From positions 2,497,695 through 2,561,694 of the forward strand of contig CAWCZS010000002.1 of assembly GCA_963800175.1 (NCBI GenBank): a DNA stretch of 64,000 bases, in the 5' to 3' direction. Positions within the stretch are counted from its first letter, which is position 1. Every line of letters begins with the position of its first letter. A program made the position numbers and the translations under genes. This document shows, piece by piece, positions 37,580-46,659 of the stretch. The DNA is from Candidatus Dormiibacterota bacterium. Its GTDB lineage: Bacteria > Chloroflexota > Dormibacteria > Aeolococcales > Aeolococcaceae. The notes beneath the pieces were generated by a model. It did no database searches. It had not been told where the DNA came from and saw only the letters and a program-made list of their open reading frames with translations.

Positions 37580-38634
37580 TTCGCGCGCGCACCGCATCGC
37601 TCGCCGGCGGGTTCCGCGTCCAGCGCTGGACGCGTGTGTCGATTGCGTCGGCGGTTGCTGCCGTTCTTGTGATCGCGGTGCTGGCGGTGATCCCGTTCCT
37701 CTTCGGAGCCGATGTCACCGAACAGCTGACTGCGCTGATGATCTTCGTGATCCTCGCCGTGATGTGGAACGCGCTTGCGGGCTACGGCGGGCTCATTTCC
37801 GTCGGTCAGCAGGCGTTCATCGGGCTCGGCGCGTACGGCACGATCTTCCTGACCCAGCAGGGATTTGCGCCGTATGTGGCGATGGTGATTGCCGGCCTCG
37901 GCGCGGGTGTCGTCGCGATACCAGCGTCGTTCGTGATGCTGCGCTTGCGTGGTGGGCAGTTTGCGATCGGGATGTGGGTGATGGCCGAGGTGTTCGGCAT
38001 CCTTGTCACGCTCAACTCCGGACTCGGCGGAGGGACAGGGATCTCGCTGAACGGCCTCGACGTGTTCGCGCCCGGGTACCGGCAGGCATATACCTTCTGG
38101 CTCACGCTCGTGTGCACGACGCTGTTGCTCGGCACGGTGTTCGTCCTGTTGCGGCGGCGGATCGGCACCTCGCTGCAGGCGGTTCGCGATGACGAGGAAG
38201 CTGCCGCGTCCCTCGGCGTCAACGTGGTGCGCTCCAAACGCGTGCTCTTCGTCGTTGCCGCCGTCGGCTGCGGGATCGCCGGCGCGCTCTACCTGGCCAA
38301 CACGCTGTTCATCCAGACCACATCGGTGTTCGGCGTGCAGTGGACCGCCTTCATGCTCTTCATGGTGCTCGTCGGCGGTCTCGGCACCTTCGAAGGGCCG
38401 ATCATCGGCGCGGTCATCTTCTACCTCATCCAGGCGCAGTTCGGCGACAGCGGCGCCTGGTATTTCATCGGCCTCGGGGCCGTCGCCATCGGCTTTGCGC
38501 TCTTCCTCCCGCACGGGATCTGGGGCGCGATCGACCGCCGGTTGCGCTTGCGACTGCTCCCAGTCGGCTACACACTACGAACGCTCACAACGACGGCGCC
38601 CGCCGCCACCGACAACTCGACAACTGACGCGTAA
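37576..38634 (+). CDS. Branched-chain-type ABC permease (LivM-like)
   Basis: The GTG start overlaps the LivH-like stop (ATGTGA). Motifs include NALAGYGGLISVGQQAFIGLGAY and VRDDEEAAASLGVN. Confidence 0.85.
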   Translation: MIRARTASLAGGFRVQRWTRVSIASAVAAVLVIAVLAVIPFLFGADVTEQLTALMIFVILAVMWNALAGYGGLISVGQQAFIGLGAYGTIFLTQQGFAPYVAMVIAGLGAGVVAIPASFVMLRLRGGQFAIGMWVMAEVFGILVTLNSGLGGGTGISLNGLDVFAPGYRQAYTFWLTLVCTTLLLGTVFVLLRRRIGTSLQAVRDDEEAAASLGVNVVRSKRVLFVVAAVGCGIAGALYLANTLFIQTTSVFGVQWTAFMLFMVLVGGLGTFEGPIIGAVIFYLIQAQFGDSGAWYFIGLGAVAIGFALFLPHGIWGAIDRRLRLRLLPVGYTLRTLTTTAPAATDNSTTDA

Positions 38635-38643
38635 GTCCAGGCA

Positions 38644-40137
38644 TTGGAGGATGGGGTCATGACCACGACTGTCAACGGCAACGTGCGTGAGCTGACGCAC
38701 TTCATCGGGGGCGAGTGGGTTCCCGCATCGGACGACCGCGCCTTCGACGACCTCGATCCGTTCACCGGCGACGTGGTTGCGCGCGTCGCCGCTGGGACTC
38801 GCGCCGACGCGAAGCGCGCGATCGACGCTGCCTCCGCGGCATTCCCCGCCTGGTCGCAAACACCCGCGGCCGTGCGCCAGGCCATCTTTCTCAAGGCGGC
38901 CGACATCCTCGAGTCCCGGCGTGATGAGATCGTCGGCTGGCTCGCCCGCGAGACCGGGAGCAGCTTCGGGTTCGGCATGTTCCAGATGGGATTCGTGCCC
39001 GGCCTGTTCCGCCAGGCAGCAGGCGCGGCGTACGCGCCGATCGGCCAGATCATTCCGTCCGACATGCCGGGTGCGGTTGCCATGGCGATCCGCCGTCCGG
39101 TGGGCGTCGTCGGCGCCATCGCGCCCTGGAACGCAGCACTCATCCTCTCGGCACGCTCGATCGCGGCGCCGCTCGTTTTCGGCAACACAGTCGTCCTCAA
39201 GCCGTCCGAGGAGTCGCCGTACAGCGGCGGACTCGTATGGGGTGAGATCTTCGCCGAGGCCGGACTCCCGGCCGGCGTGCTCAACATCGTCACGCACGCA
39301 CCGGGTGACGCCGCTCCGATCGGCGACGAGCTGGTCGAGGATCCGCGCGTGCGACGCCTCAACTTCACCGGATCGACTGCGACCGGGCGGCGTCTGGCGG
39401 AAGCTGCGGGACGCAACCTCAAGCGCGTCGTCCTCGAGCTCGGTGGCCAGAACCCGCTGATCGTCCTCTCCGACGCGGACCTCGATTACGCGGTGGACGC
39501 GGCGGCGTTCGGCGCTTTCCTGCACCAGGGTCAGATCTGCATGTCCGCGCGCCGGATCATCGTCGAGCGTCCGATCGCTGACGCATTCATCGCGGCGCTC
39601 ACGACCAAGACCGCCGGACTCAAGGTCGGCGATCCGAAGGAGATGGACACGATCATCGGCCCGCTCATCAACCCGGCCGCACTGGAGATGGTGGGACGGC
39701 GCGTCGATGCCGCCGTCGCTAGCGGGGCGCGCGTGCTCACCGGCGGCGCCGCTTCAGGTGCGTGCTACCGGCCAACACTCGTCACCGACGTTCCGGCCGG
39801 CTCCGACCTCGACCGCATGGAGACGTTCGGCCCCGTTGCGACGATCGAGGTCGTCGAGAACGAGGACGACGCGGTCGACCGGGCGAATGCGACGGCGTAC
39901 GGGCTCTCCTCGGGCATCATCACCAGCGATCCCGACCGTGGCACCGCGCTCGCCGGGCGGATCGAAGCCGGGATCGTGCACGTGAACGACCAGCCGGTGC
40001 ACGACGAGCCGCAGATGCCGTTCGGTGGTGTGAAGGACAGTGGCTGGGGACGTTTCGGCGGCACCTTCGCAATGGACGAGTTCACCGAGATGCGCTGGAT
40101 CACCGTGCAGCGCGGCCGCCGTCCGTTCCCGTTCTAG
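38644..40137 (+). CDS. NAD(P)-dependent aromatic aldehyde dehydrogenase (benzaldehyde/vanillin/4-hydroxybenzaldehyde type)
   Basis: ALDH motifs are present: VLELGGQNP (catalytic Glu), HQGQICMSARR (catalytic Cys), FTGSTATG. GGAGGA precedes the start. ATG 38659 is an alternative start. Confidence 0.85.
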   Translation: MEDGVMTTTVNGNVRELTHFIGGEWVPASDDRAFDDLDPFTGDVVARVAAGTRADAKRAIDAASAAFPAWSQTPAAVRQAIFLKAADILESRRDEIVGWLARETGSSFGFGMFQMGFVPGLFRQAAGAAYAPIGQIIPSDMPGAVAMAIRRPVGVVGAIAPWNAALILSARSIAAPLVFGNTVVLKPSEESPYSGGLVWGEIFAEAGLPAGVLNIVTHAPGDAAPIGDELVEDPRVRRLNFTGSTATGRRLAEAAGRNLKRVVLELGGQNPLIVLSDADLDYAVDAAAFGAFLHQGQICMSARRIIVERPIADAFIAALTTKTAGLKVGDPKEMDTIIGPLINPAALEMVGRRVDAAVASGARVLTGGAASGACYRPTLVTDVPAGSDLDRMETFGPVATIEVVENEDDAVDRANATAYGLSSGIITSDPDRGTALAGRIEAGIVHVNDQPVHDEPQMPFGGVKDSGWGRFGGTFAMDEFTEMRWITVQRGRRPFPF

Positions 40138-40148
40138 GTCCTCCCAGC

Positions 40149-41327
40149 GTGCGAACGCGCGTTGCGATCATCGGTGCCGGTCCGGCAGGACTCATGCTCG
40201 CGCATCTGCTGAGCCGTGAAGGCGTCGAATCCATCGTGATCGAGTCGCGTACGCGGGAGTACGTCGAGCACCGCGTGCGAGCGGGAGTCCTTGAACAGGG
40301 CAGCGTCGACCTGCTCGACGCGACGGGCGTCGGCGAGCGGATGCGCCGTGAGGGTCTGGTGCATCGCGGTATCCAGTTGCGCTTCGGCGGAACCGATCAC
40401 CGCATCGATTTCGCAGCCCTCACCGGCGGGCGGGCGATCACGGTGTACGGGCAGCAGGAGCTGGTGAAAGACCTGATCGCGATCCGGCTCGCGGCGGGCC
40501 TGCCGCTCGTGTTCGAGGTTGGGGAAGTGCGATTGCACGACATCGACAGCGAGCACCCGTCAGTGAGCTACGCCGTCAATGGCGCCCGTACCACCATCGA
40601 GTGCGACGTCATCGCCGGCTGCGACGGATTCCACGGTGTCTCGCGCGACAGCATCCCGGCCGGAGTGCTCACGACGTACGAGCGTGAGTATCCCTTTGCG
40701 TGGCTCGGCATTCTCGCGGCCGTCGCGCCCTCGAGCGAAGAGCTCATCTACTGCTATCACGAGCGTGGCTTCGCGCTCCTCAGCATGCGGTCGCCAAGCG
40801 TCAGCCGTCTGTATCTGCAGGTGCCCGCCGATGAGCGCATCGACGCGTGGCCTGACACGCGCATCTGGGAGGAGTTGCGGACGAGGCTCGCGTCCCATGA
40901 CTGGACACTCACCGAAGGCCCGGTGATCGAGAAGGGCATCTCGGCGATGCGCAGCTTCGTCGTCGAGCCGATGCAGTATGGGCGCCTGTTCCTGAGCGGC
41001 GACGCGGCGCACATCGTGCCGCCCACAGGGGCCAAGGGCATGAACCTGGCGCTCCGCGACGTGAGCATTCTCGCGCAGGCGCTGACCGTGTTCTTCACCA
41101 CCGGAGACGTGAGACCCCTCGACGAATACTCGGCCGCCTGCCTGCGCCGCGTCTGGAGGGCGCAGCACTTCTCGTGGTGGATGACGTCGATGCTCCACCG
41201 CTTTCCAGACAGTGATGCCTATCAAACGCAACTGCAGCTGGCGCAGCTTGCGTACACTGTCGATTCGCGAGCGGCTGCGACAAGCCTCGCCGAGAATTAC
41301 GTTGGGTACGAATGGGCGACGACGTGA
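40149..41327 (+). CDS. pobA: 4-hydroxybenzoate 3-monooxygenase
   Basis: The real start is the GTG inside ORF 39762..41327. Motifs include VAIIGAGPAGLMLAHLL, CDGFHGVSR and GDAAHIVPPTGAKGMNLA. The product is 392 aa, the usual PobA size. Confidence 0.9.
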   Translation: MRTRVAIIGAGPAGLMLAHLLSREGVESIVIESRTREYVEHRVRAGVLEQGSVDLLDATGVGERMRREGLVHRGIQLRFGGTDHRIDFAALTGGRAITVYGQQELVKDLIAIRLAAGLPLVFEVGEVRLHDIDSEHPSVSYAVNGARTTIECDVIAGCDGFHGVSRDSIPAGVLTTYEREYPFAWLGILAAVAPSSEELIYCYHERGFALLSMRSPSVSRLYLQVPADERIDAWPDTRIWEELRTRLASHDWTLTEGPVIEKGISAMRSFVVEPMQYGRLFLSGDAAHIVPPTGAKGMNLALRDVSILAQALTVFFTTGDVRPLDEYSAACLRRVWRAQHFSWWMTSMLHRFPDSDAYQTQLQLAQLAYTVDSRAAATSLAENYVGYEWATT

Positions 41328-42206
41328 CCGCAGACGACGAGAACGCGAATGCGCTGACACAGCAGGTGATCGACCGGATGGACACCTGTCCCGATCCCCG
41401 GCTGCGAGCGCTGATGACCGGACTGATCCGGCATCTGCACGCGTTCGCCGCCGAGGAGCGGCTCACCGAGGCGGAATGGTTCGCCGGCATTCGCTTTCTC
41501 ACCGACGTCGGTCATCTGTGCGACGACCGTCGCCAGGAGTTCATCCTGCTCTCCGACACGCTCGGGCTCTCGATGCTCGTGGATTTGATCAATCACGGCA
41601 GCGGCAGCGGCGCGACGGAGTCGACGGTGCTCGGCCCGTTTTACGTTGCGGACTCGCCGTGGCGAGAAAACGGCGACGCGATCACCGACGACCTGGGAGC
41701 GCACCCGCTCCTGGTGAGCGGTCACGTCCGGGACACGTCGGGCAGGCCGCTCGCCGGCGCCACCGTCGACGTGTGGCAGAACGCCCCGAACATGCTGTAC
41801 GCGGTGCAGGACGAGACGCAGTCGCCGGAGAACTTTCGCGGCCGCTTCCGCACCGACCGTGACGGCGCGTTCTCGTTCCGTACCGCTCGCCCCGTGGACT
41901 ACTCGATTCCCGAGGACGGCCCTGTGGGCAGGATGCTGCGCGCTACCGGCCGCCATCCGTGGAGACCCGCGCATATTCATTTCGTCGTGTCAGCCGACGG
42001 ATGTCTCCCGCTGACGACGCACGTCTTCGATGCCGAGAGCCGCTATCTCGAGACCGACGCCGTGTTCGGTTACAAGAAGTCGCTCGCGCGGGACGCTGAG
42101 TGCGCACGATGCGGCGAAGGAGTCCGCGCCGGAGGGGATCGTCGGGAACTGGTACACGGTGGACATCGACATCGTGTTGCAACTCGCGGCTGCTCCGACG
42201 CGCTAA
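41312..42206 (+). CDS. Intradiol ring-cleavage dioxygenase (hydroxyquinol/catechol 1,2-dioxygenase type); apparent +1 indel near 42090
   Basis: Dioxygenase_N-like segment (EAEWFAGIRFLTDVG, QEFILLSDTLGLSMLVD) and a catalytic core (VDVWQNAPNMLYA, FRTARPVDYSIP, RPAHIHF). The last ~38 aa (HDAAKESAPEGIVGNWYTVDIDIVLQL...) lie in another frame ending at taa 42204-42206. GTG 41324 gives a GTGA overlap with pobA. Confidence 0.8.
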
Positions 42207-43012
42207 CTCGCCGGCGGCGGCGCTTCCTCGAGCTGCTGCTGCACCTTGCGCATCCCGCGCAACCAGCGCTCGGGATCGTCGGTCTTGCGCTGCATCCAGG
42301 TCTCGGCAATCGGGTCTGACACAACCAGGAATCGCTCCTCGCGGATCGCGTCGACCACGAGCCCGGCCACGTAGCCGGCGTCCTTGATCGGTCCCGCCAC
42401 CGCGGCGGCGAAACGTGGATCGGCGCGCGCCAGCATTGGCGTGCTCACCCCGAGCGGCGCGATCAAGGACACGCGAATGCCGCGGTGGTGATACGTGATC
42501 GAGAGCCACTCCGCGAGCCCGACGACCGCATGCTTCGTGGTCGCGTAGGTGACGTTGCCGTGGCTCGTGAGGATTCCCGCCATCGATGCGGTGTGCACGA
42601 GATATCCGGATCCGCGTTCGAGCATGCCGGGCAGCACGGCGCGGACTGCGTACACATGCGCCATGACGTTCACGGCCCACTGCTCATCCCATGTCTTGGC
42701 GTCGGTGCTCAGGATGTCGGCACCCGTGGCGATACCGGCGTTGCTGAAGCAGATGTCGATGGGACCCAGACTGGCCGAGACACCATCGACCATCGCGTTG
42801 ACGGAAGCCTCGTTGCTGACATCCGCAACCACCGCGATCCCGTCGATCTCCGAGGCCACGGCCACACACCCTTCCGCGTCGCGGTCGACGACCGCGACCT
42901 GTGCGCCCGCAGCCGCAAGGGCGCGGCACGATGCAGCGCCGATGCCGCTCGCGCCACCGGTGACAATCGCGACGCGTCCGTTCAGGTCGATGACGCAGCT
43001 CCCTCGAGCCAT
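42203..43012 (-). CDS. Short-chain dehydrogenase/reductase (SDR)
   Basis: TGGASGIGAA cofactor motif, NAG, and the catalytic YATTKHA (YxxxK). Confidence 0.9.
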   Translation of the reverse strand: MARGSCVIDLNGRVAIVTGGASGIGAASCRALAAAGAQVAVVDRDAEGCVAVASEIDGIAVVADVSNEASVNAMVDGVSASLGPIDICFSNAGIATGADILSTDAKTWDEQWAVNVMAHVYAVRAVLPGMLERGSGYLVHTASMAGILTSHGNVTYATTKHAVVGLAEWLSITYHHRGIRVSLIAPLGVSTPMLARADPRFAAAVAGPIKDAGYVAGLVVDAIREERFLVVSDPIAETWMQRKTDDPERWLRGMRKVQQQLEEAPPPAS

Positions 43013-43566
43013 CGCACCGCTTCCTCGGCGCTGCGATCAGGTGGGAACACCGGGTAGATCACGTGCTCGATCACGCCGTCACGGAGAAACATCGTCAGGC
43101 GCTTCATGAGCGTCATCTCACGGAAGGTGAAGGTCGGCAACCGCAGCGCATGCACCATCGCGAGGTCGGCATCGGAGAGCACTTCGAAGGGCACGTGCAG
43201 CCGCTCGATCATCTCGCGCTGATACTCCGAGGTCTGCGTGCTCATGCCGAACACCGCGGCACCGAGCTCCGTCAGCTCGTGATAGTGATCGCGAAACCCG
43301 CACGTCTGCGGCGTGCATCCGCGCGCTCCAGGTATCTCGTTCCAACCCGGTGGCGGCGCGAGCCCGTCTTCACCGGTACGCGGATACGTGTACACGACAG
43401 TCCACCCGGGAACGCTCGCGAGCACGACGTCGCGCCCACGCGTGGAGCGGAGGGCGATAGCGGGCATGCGCATGCCGGGGAGATGATCGGATGCGCCGTC
43501 ATCAACCGGGACCGGGAGGTCCGGTGGCAGAACGCTGATGTCGTCCGTGCCCAGCGAGGACATCAC
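42982..43566 (-). CDS. Peroxiredoxin/redoxin (AhpC-TSA, Bcp-like)
   Basis: PGARGCTPQTCGF active-site context in a thioredoxin fold. Confidence 0.75.
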   Translation of the reverse strand: MMSSLGTDDISVLPPDLPVPVDDGASDHLPGMRMPAIALRSTRGRDVVLASVPGWTVVYTYPRTGEDGLAPPPGWNEIPGARGCTPQTCGFRDHYHELTELGAAVFGMSTQTSEYQREMIERLHVPFEVLSDADLAMVHALRLPTFTFREMTLMKRLTMFLRDGVIEHVIYPVFPPDRSAEEAVRWLEGAASST

Positions 43567-43979
43567 CCCAACTCGTAGTCGAGATGCAGGGTGTGTGAAC
43601 CGTCGTCGTCGATGGTGATCAGCCCAACGCCGGACATCCCGGCAAGAGCGCCTGTTCCCGATCCGGGCGAGATGAGATACCGGCTCAGCGGCGGCTCGTT
43701 GCCGATAACGGTCGAGATGTGCAGCAGCACGAAGCTGCCGTCATGGCCGTCGACGATGCCCGAGATGCGCTCCAGGGCAACGTACCCGGCACCCGCGAAG
43801 GATCCGTCGGGACCCGGCGTGCGCGTGTACAGCATTTCCGTGGTGCTCGTTCCCTCGATCGCCCCGGTAAACGTCTTGGCCAGGGTCATGCCCCCATAGG
43901 CGACATCCGTCTGGGACGCGAACGCGAGCGTGTGAGGCACCTGCGAGTCGATGACAAACGCGGCGCTGGTGTGAGGCAC
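43563..43979 (-). CDS. DUF3224 family protein
   Basis: 138 aa with a beta-rich pattern (TFTGAIEGTSTTEMLY...GYVALERISG...GSFVLLH...GTGALAG) that matches my memory of DUF3224. There is a 4-nt overlap with the downstream gene. Confidence 0.6.
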   Translation of the reverse strand: MPHTSAAFVIDSQVPHTLAFASQTDVAYGGMTLAKTFTGAIEGTSTTEMLYTRTPGPDGSFAGAGYVALERISGIVDGHDGSFVLLHISTVIGNEPPLSRYLISPGSGTGALAGMSGVGLITIDDDGSHTLHLDYELG

Positions 43980-44057
43980 GATGGAAGTCTAGTCAGACCG
44001 TCGGCAAACGGCTCTCTTCTCGGAGAGACCTACCGGAGAGACCGCTGCGGCGGTCAG

Positions 44058-44825
44058 TCAGTGCTTGACTTCCTCGGGCGTCTCGTACCAGCGGATGCGC
44101 TCACCGACTCGGGCTCGGAGCTTCCACGCCGTGGACTTCGGCGCATCCTCGATCGCCTGACGCAGCGTGCTGACCTGCGCGGCCACGTCGTGCGTCGCGC
44201 CGGGCACTGGCTCCTGCGCCCAGAGTTCCGCCACCTTCTGCGCGTTGCGATCGACGGTGTGACAGAAGCCCCAGTCCTTGCCGAGCACCGAGCGGAGCCT
44301 GGGGAGGCTGATGCCGTCTGTGTCAGCGTCGTCCTCGCTGAGCCCGTGATCGGCGAGCAGGCAGGCCGTGTCACCGAGATCCTTGCGGTTGATCTCCCAC
44401 ACCTGCAGCTTGGTGAGCAGCAGGTCCGCGAGTGGGATGGTTTCAGCGGGGCCGTCGAGGCGATCGCGCAAATCGAGTTTGTGTGACATCACCAGCTCAT
44501 TGATGACGACATCGATCGACCATCTCCCTTGCGGCTCGCCGTAGTACAGGCGTGTTGCACCGTGCAGTCCGTTGAAGAACTGATCCGGCAGATATCCCTG
44601 CGTCATCAGCAGCGCCTTGAACTTCGTGCTCGCCGCCGAGGTGATCGCGAAGTCCATGTCCTGATATGGCCGCGCGAACGGTCCGTCGTGGGCGCTCGGA
44701 CAGCGCAGCCAGATGGCGAGCCCACCGATGAGCCGCGCCGAAAGACCGAGGCTCACCGCAACACCCGCAAGCCGCTTCGCCTCCTCGCGTATGTCGGCGA
44801 GGATCGGCGTCTCGTCCGCTGTCAT
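44058..44825 (-). CDS. Putative nucleotidyltransferase-fold protein (minimal NTase/AbiEii-like motif)
   Basis: ARLIGGLAIWLR...PYQDMDFAI resembles the G[GS]-x(n)-DxD signature of the polymerase-beta NTase fold. The rest is helical. The start is MTADETP, inside ORF 44058..44882. Confidence 0.45.
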   Translation of the reverse strand: MTADETPILADIREEAKRLAGVAVSLGLSARLIGGLAIWLRCPSAHDGPFARPYQDMDFAITSAASTKFKALLMTQGYLPDQFFNGLHGATRLYYGEPQGRWSIDVVINELVMSHKLDLRDRLDGPAETIPLADLLLTKLQVWEINRKDLGDTACLLADHGLSEDDADTDGISLPRLRSVLGKDWGFCHTVDRNAQKVAELWAQEPVPGATHDVAAQVSTLRQAIEDAPKSTAWKLRARVGERIRWYETPEEVKH

Positions 44826-44836
44826 GAGGACATAGT

Positions 44837-44868
44837 AAGGGCGGCCGGTGGGATCACCGACCGCCCTT
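44837..44868 (-). terminator. Stem-loop between the permease stop and the NTase-like gene start
   Basis: aagggcgg (44837-44844) pairs with ccgccctt (44861-44868), with additional ccgg/ccga pairing inside. Confidence 0.35.
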
Positions 44869-44889
44869 CCAACCAGGGGCACAGACGAG

Positions 44890-46509
44890 TCACTCCGGCG
44901 GGAGTTCCTTGTACACGTAGCTGATGTTCACGCCCTGCCCTGCACGGATCGCGCGCGGGATGTAATACAGGAGCGCGCCACCCACGATCAGACCCGCAAG
45001 CCAGGCTGGAATCCACCACCAGTCAGCGCGGTTGCCGTTCATGACCGACAGCGGGTTGATGAACGAGATCGCGATGATGCCGACGAACTCCACAATCGAC
45101 AGCACGCCGGTGATGTAGAGCAACGGCATGCCCAGGAATTTGACATTTGCCGGCGACGCTTGATAGAGGTCGGGCCGTCGGATGGGCAGGGCGATTGCCG
45201 CCACCCCGACGATGATGACGGCGAGGGCACCGGCAAGCACGATGAGACCGAGCACCAGTTGGAACTGATTCCCGATGACACTCCAGATCACCAGCGCCGC
45301 GATGATCACGTTCGTGACGATGATCGCGTTGACAGGTGAGTGAGTCCGCTCGTTGACATTCGCGAGGCTCTCCGGCATGAGCCGGTCGAACGACCATGCG
45401 AAGAACGACCTGATCGGCATGAACGTGTTCGCGATCATCGAAGGCAATGACCAGAACAGGAACGAGCCCATGATGATGATCGTCAGGACAGGTGTATTGA
45501 AGACGAGTGCGGCGAGGAACGGATAGAACGGTCCCGACGGGATGTGGTACGCGGTGCTCGCGTCGTTCAGCGCGTAGACGAAGTTGTAGCCCGCGACGCG
45601 GAAAAGGAGCAGCACGCCGATGACGAGCAGGACGGTGTCCCATCCAAGCGCACCGAACATGACGGACAGCTGACGGCGGCGGTTGGAAGCGCTCTTCAAC
45701 TCACCGGACATGTACACGGACCAGAAGTTCCACATCATGAAACCCTGGATCGAGAAGAGTGTTGGCAAGGTCGCGCTGCCGTTCCAGAAGTTGGGCGCTG
45801 CCGAGGCAGCGCCAGGCGCGCCGGCGATCACCGCAGCGACGTTGCCACCGCCAAAGCTCTTGTTGAGCGCGTCGAAGTGCGAGAAGAAGTCGCCCTGGCT
45901 GCCGACGAGGAGCACGATGAACGCAACGAGGGTGCCGGCCATCGCGATGATGAACGAGTAGTTCTGCCAGCGGAAGGTCGCCTTGGTGCCGCTGATGAGG
46001 ATGATCGTCTGCAGCACGACCATGAAGAGCGAGGCGCCCAGGATCCAGCCGTTGTTGGTCTGGAACGCGTTGCCCCAATCGATGAAATGGCTGTTGCTGA
46101 AGATCGCTCCCAGCGCCACGAGGACAGGCCCGAGCGCCAGCACGGAGAAGAACTTCGCGAAGAAGGCAGCCCCGAGCAGGCCGCCCATGATCATGCAGAG
46201 GTTGGATATCAGCGCCAGGGGCGGGGACAGCACCCGACTGACCCAGACGTAGTCACCGCCAACTCTCGGCATGCTCGCGCCGAGGAGGGCGAACATGATC
46301 AGGACCGGGATGTTGATGATCGCGACGAGGATCAGAACCCCGACGACGTCAGCGCCGGGGAAGGCGACCAGCGCAAAGAAAATCGAGTAGGCGATCGTCG
46401 ACCCGACCGGCGCGGAAATGACCGCGTTGAAGATGGTTGCATCAACTGCCGACGCGGAGCGCACCAGCCCGGTGCTGTTGCGTACGAAAAGCCTGCTCGC
46501 GCTTGCCAT
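44890..46509 (-). CDS. APC-superfamily amino acid/polyamine permease
   Basis: About 12 hydrophobic helices and an N-terminal motif LVRSASAVDATIFNAV....G. The start is MASASRLF, inside ORF 44890..46623. Confidence 0.8.
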   Translation of the reverse strand: MASASRLFVRNSTGLVRSASAVDATIFNAVISAPVGSTIAYSIFFALVAFPGADVVGVLILVAIINIPVLIMFALLGASMPRVGGDYVWVSRVLSPPLALISNLCMIMGGLLGAAFFAKFFSVLALGPVLVALGAIFSNSHFIDWGNAFQTNNGWILGASLFMVVLQTIILISGTKATFRWQNYSFIIAMAGTLVAFIVLLVGSQGDFFSHFDALNKSFGGGNVAAVIAGAPGAASAAPNFWNGSATLPTLFSIQGFMMWNFWSVYMSGELKSASNRRRQLSVMFGALGWDTVLLVIGVLLLFRVAGYNFVYALNDASTAYHIPSGPFYPFLAALVFNTPVLTIIIMGSFLFWSLPSMIANTFMPIRSFFAWSFDRLMPESLANVNERTHSPVNAIIVTNVIIAALVIWSVIGNQFQLVLGLIVLAGALAVIIVGVAAIALPIRRPDLYQASPANVKFLGMPLLYITGVLSIVEFVGIIAISFINPLSVMNGNRADWWWIPAWLAGLIVGGALLYYIPRAIRAGQGVNISYVYKELPPE

Positions 46510-46542
46510 GGCAGCCCTCCGAGGGTGCGTCACACCCCCAAC

Positions 46543-46598
46543 TTGACACTCGCGTCGGAAACAGGCAGAGTTTGAACACAATCGAACACGAGTGTCAA
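46543..46598. promoter_or_regulatory. Candidate operator: perfect 10-bp inverted repeat ttgacactcg / cgagtgtcaa in the divergent permease/DeoR promoter region
   Basis: The arms are at 46543-46552 and 46589-46598. A third tgacac is at ~46608. gaacac is repeated twice between the arms. Confidence 0.35.
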
Positions 46599-46659
46599 GA
46601 GGCGAACTGACACGGAGGGACAACTTCCGGTCAAGACCCGACAGAATGACGCAGAGTCA

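Noticed and set aside
36721-38514. 597-aa reverse ORF across the ABC permease genes. Similar long antisense ORFs occur at 6222..7475, 10664..12181, 22542..23888, 33849..35228, 53453..54898 and 61041..62147.
   Set aside because: All are antisense to genes with strong family signatures. They are dominated by Arg, Asp, Glu, His and Pro and show no motifs. They are the expected artefact of high GC content.
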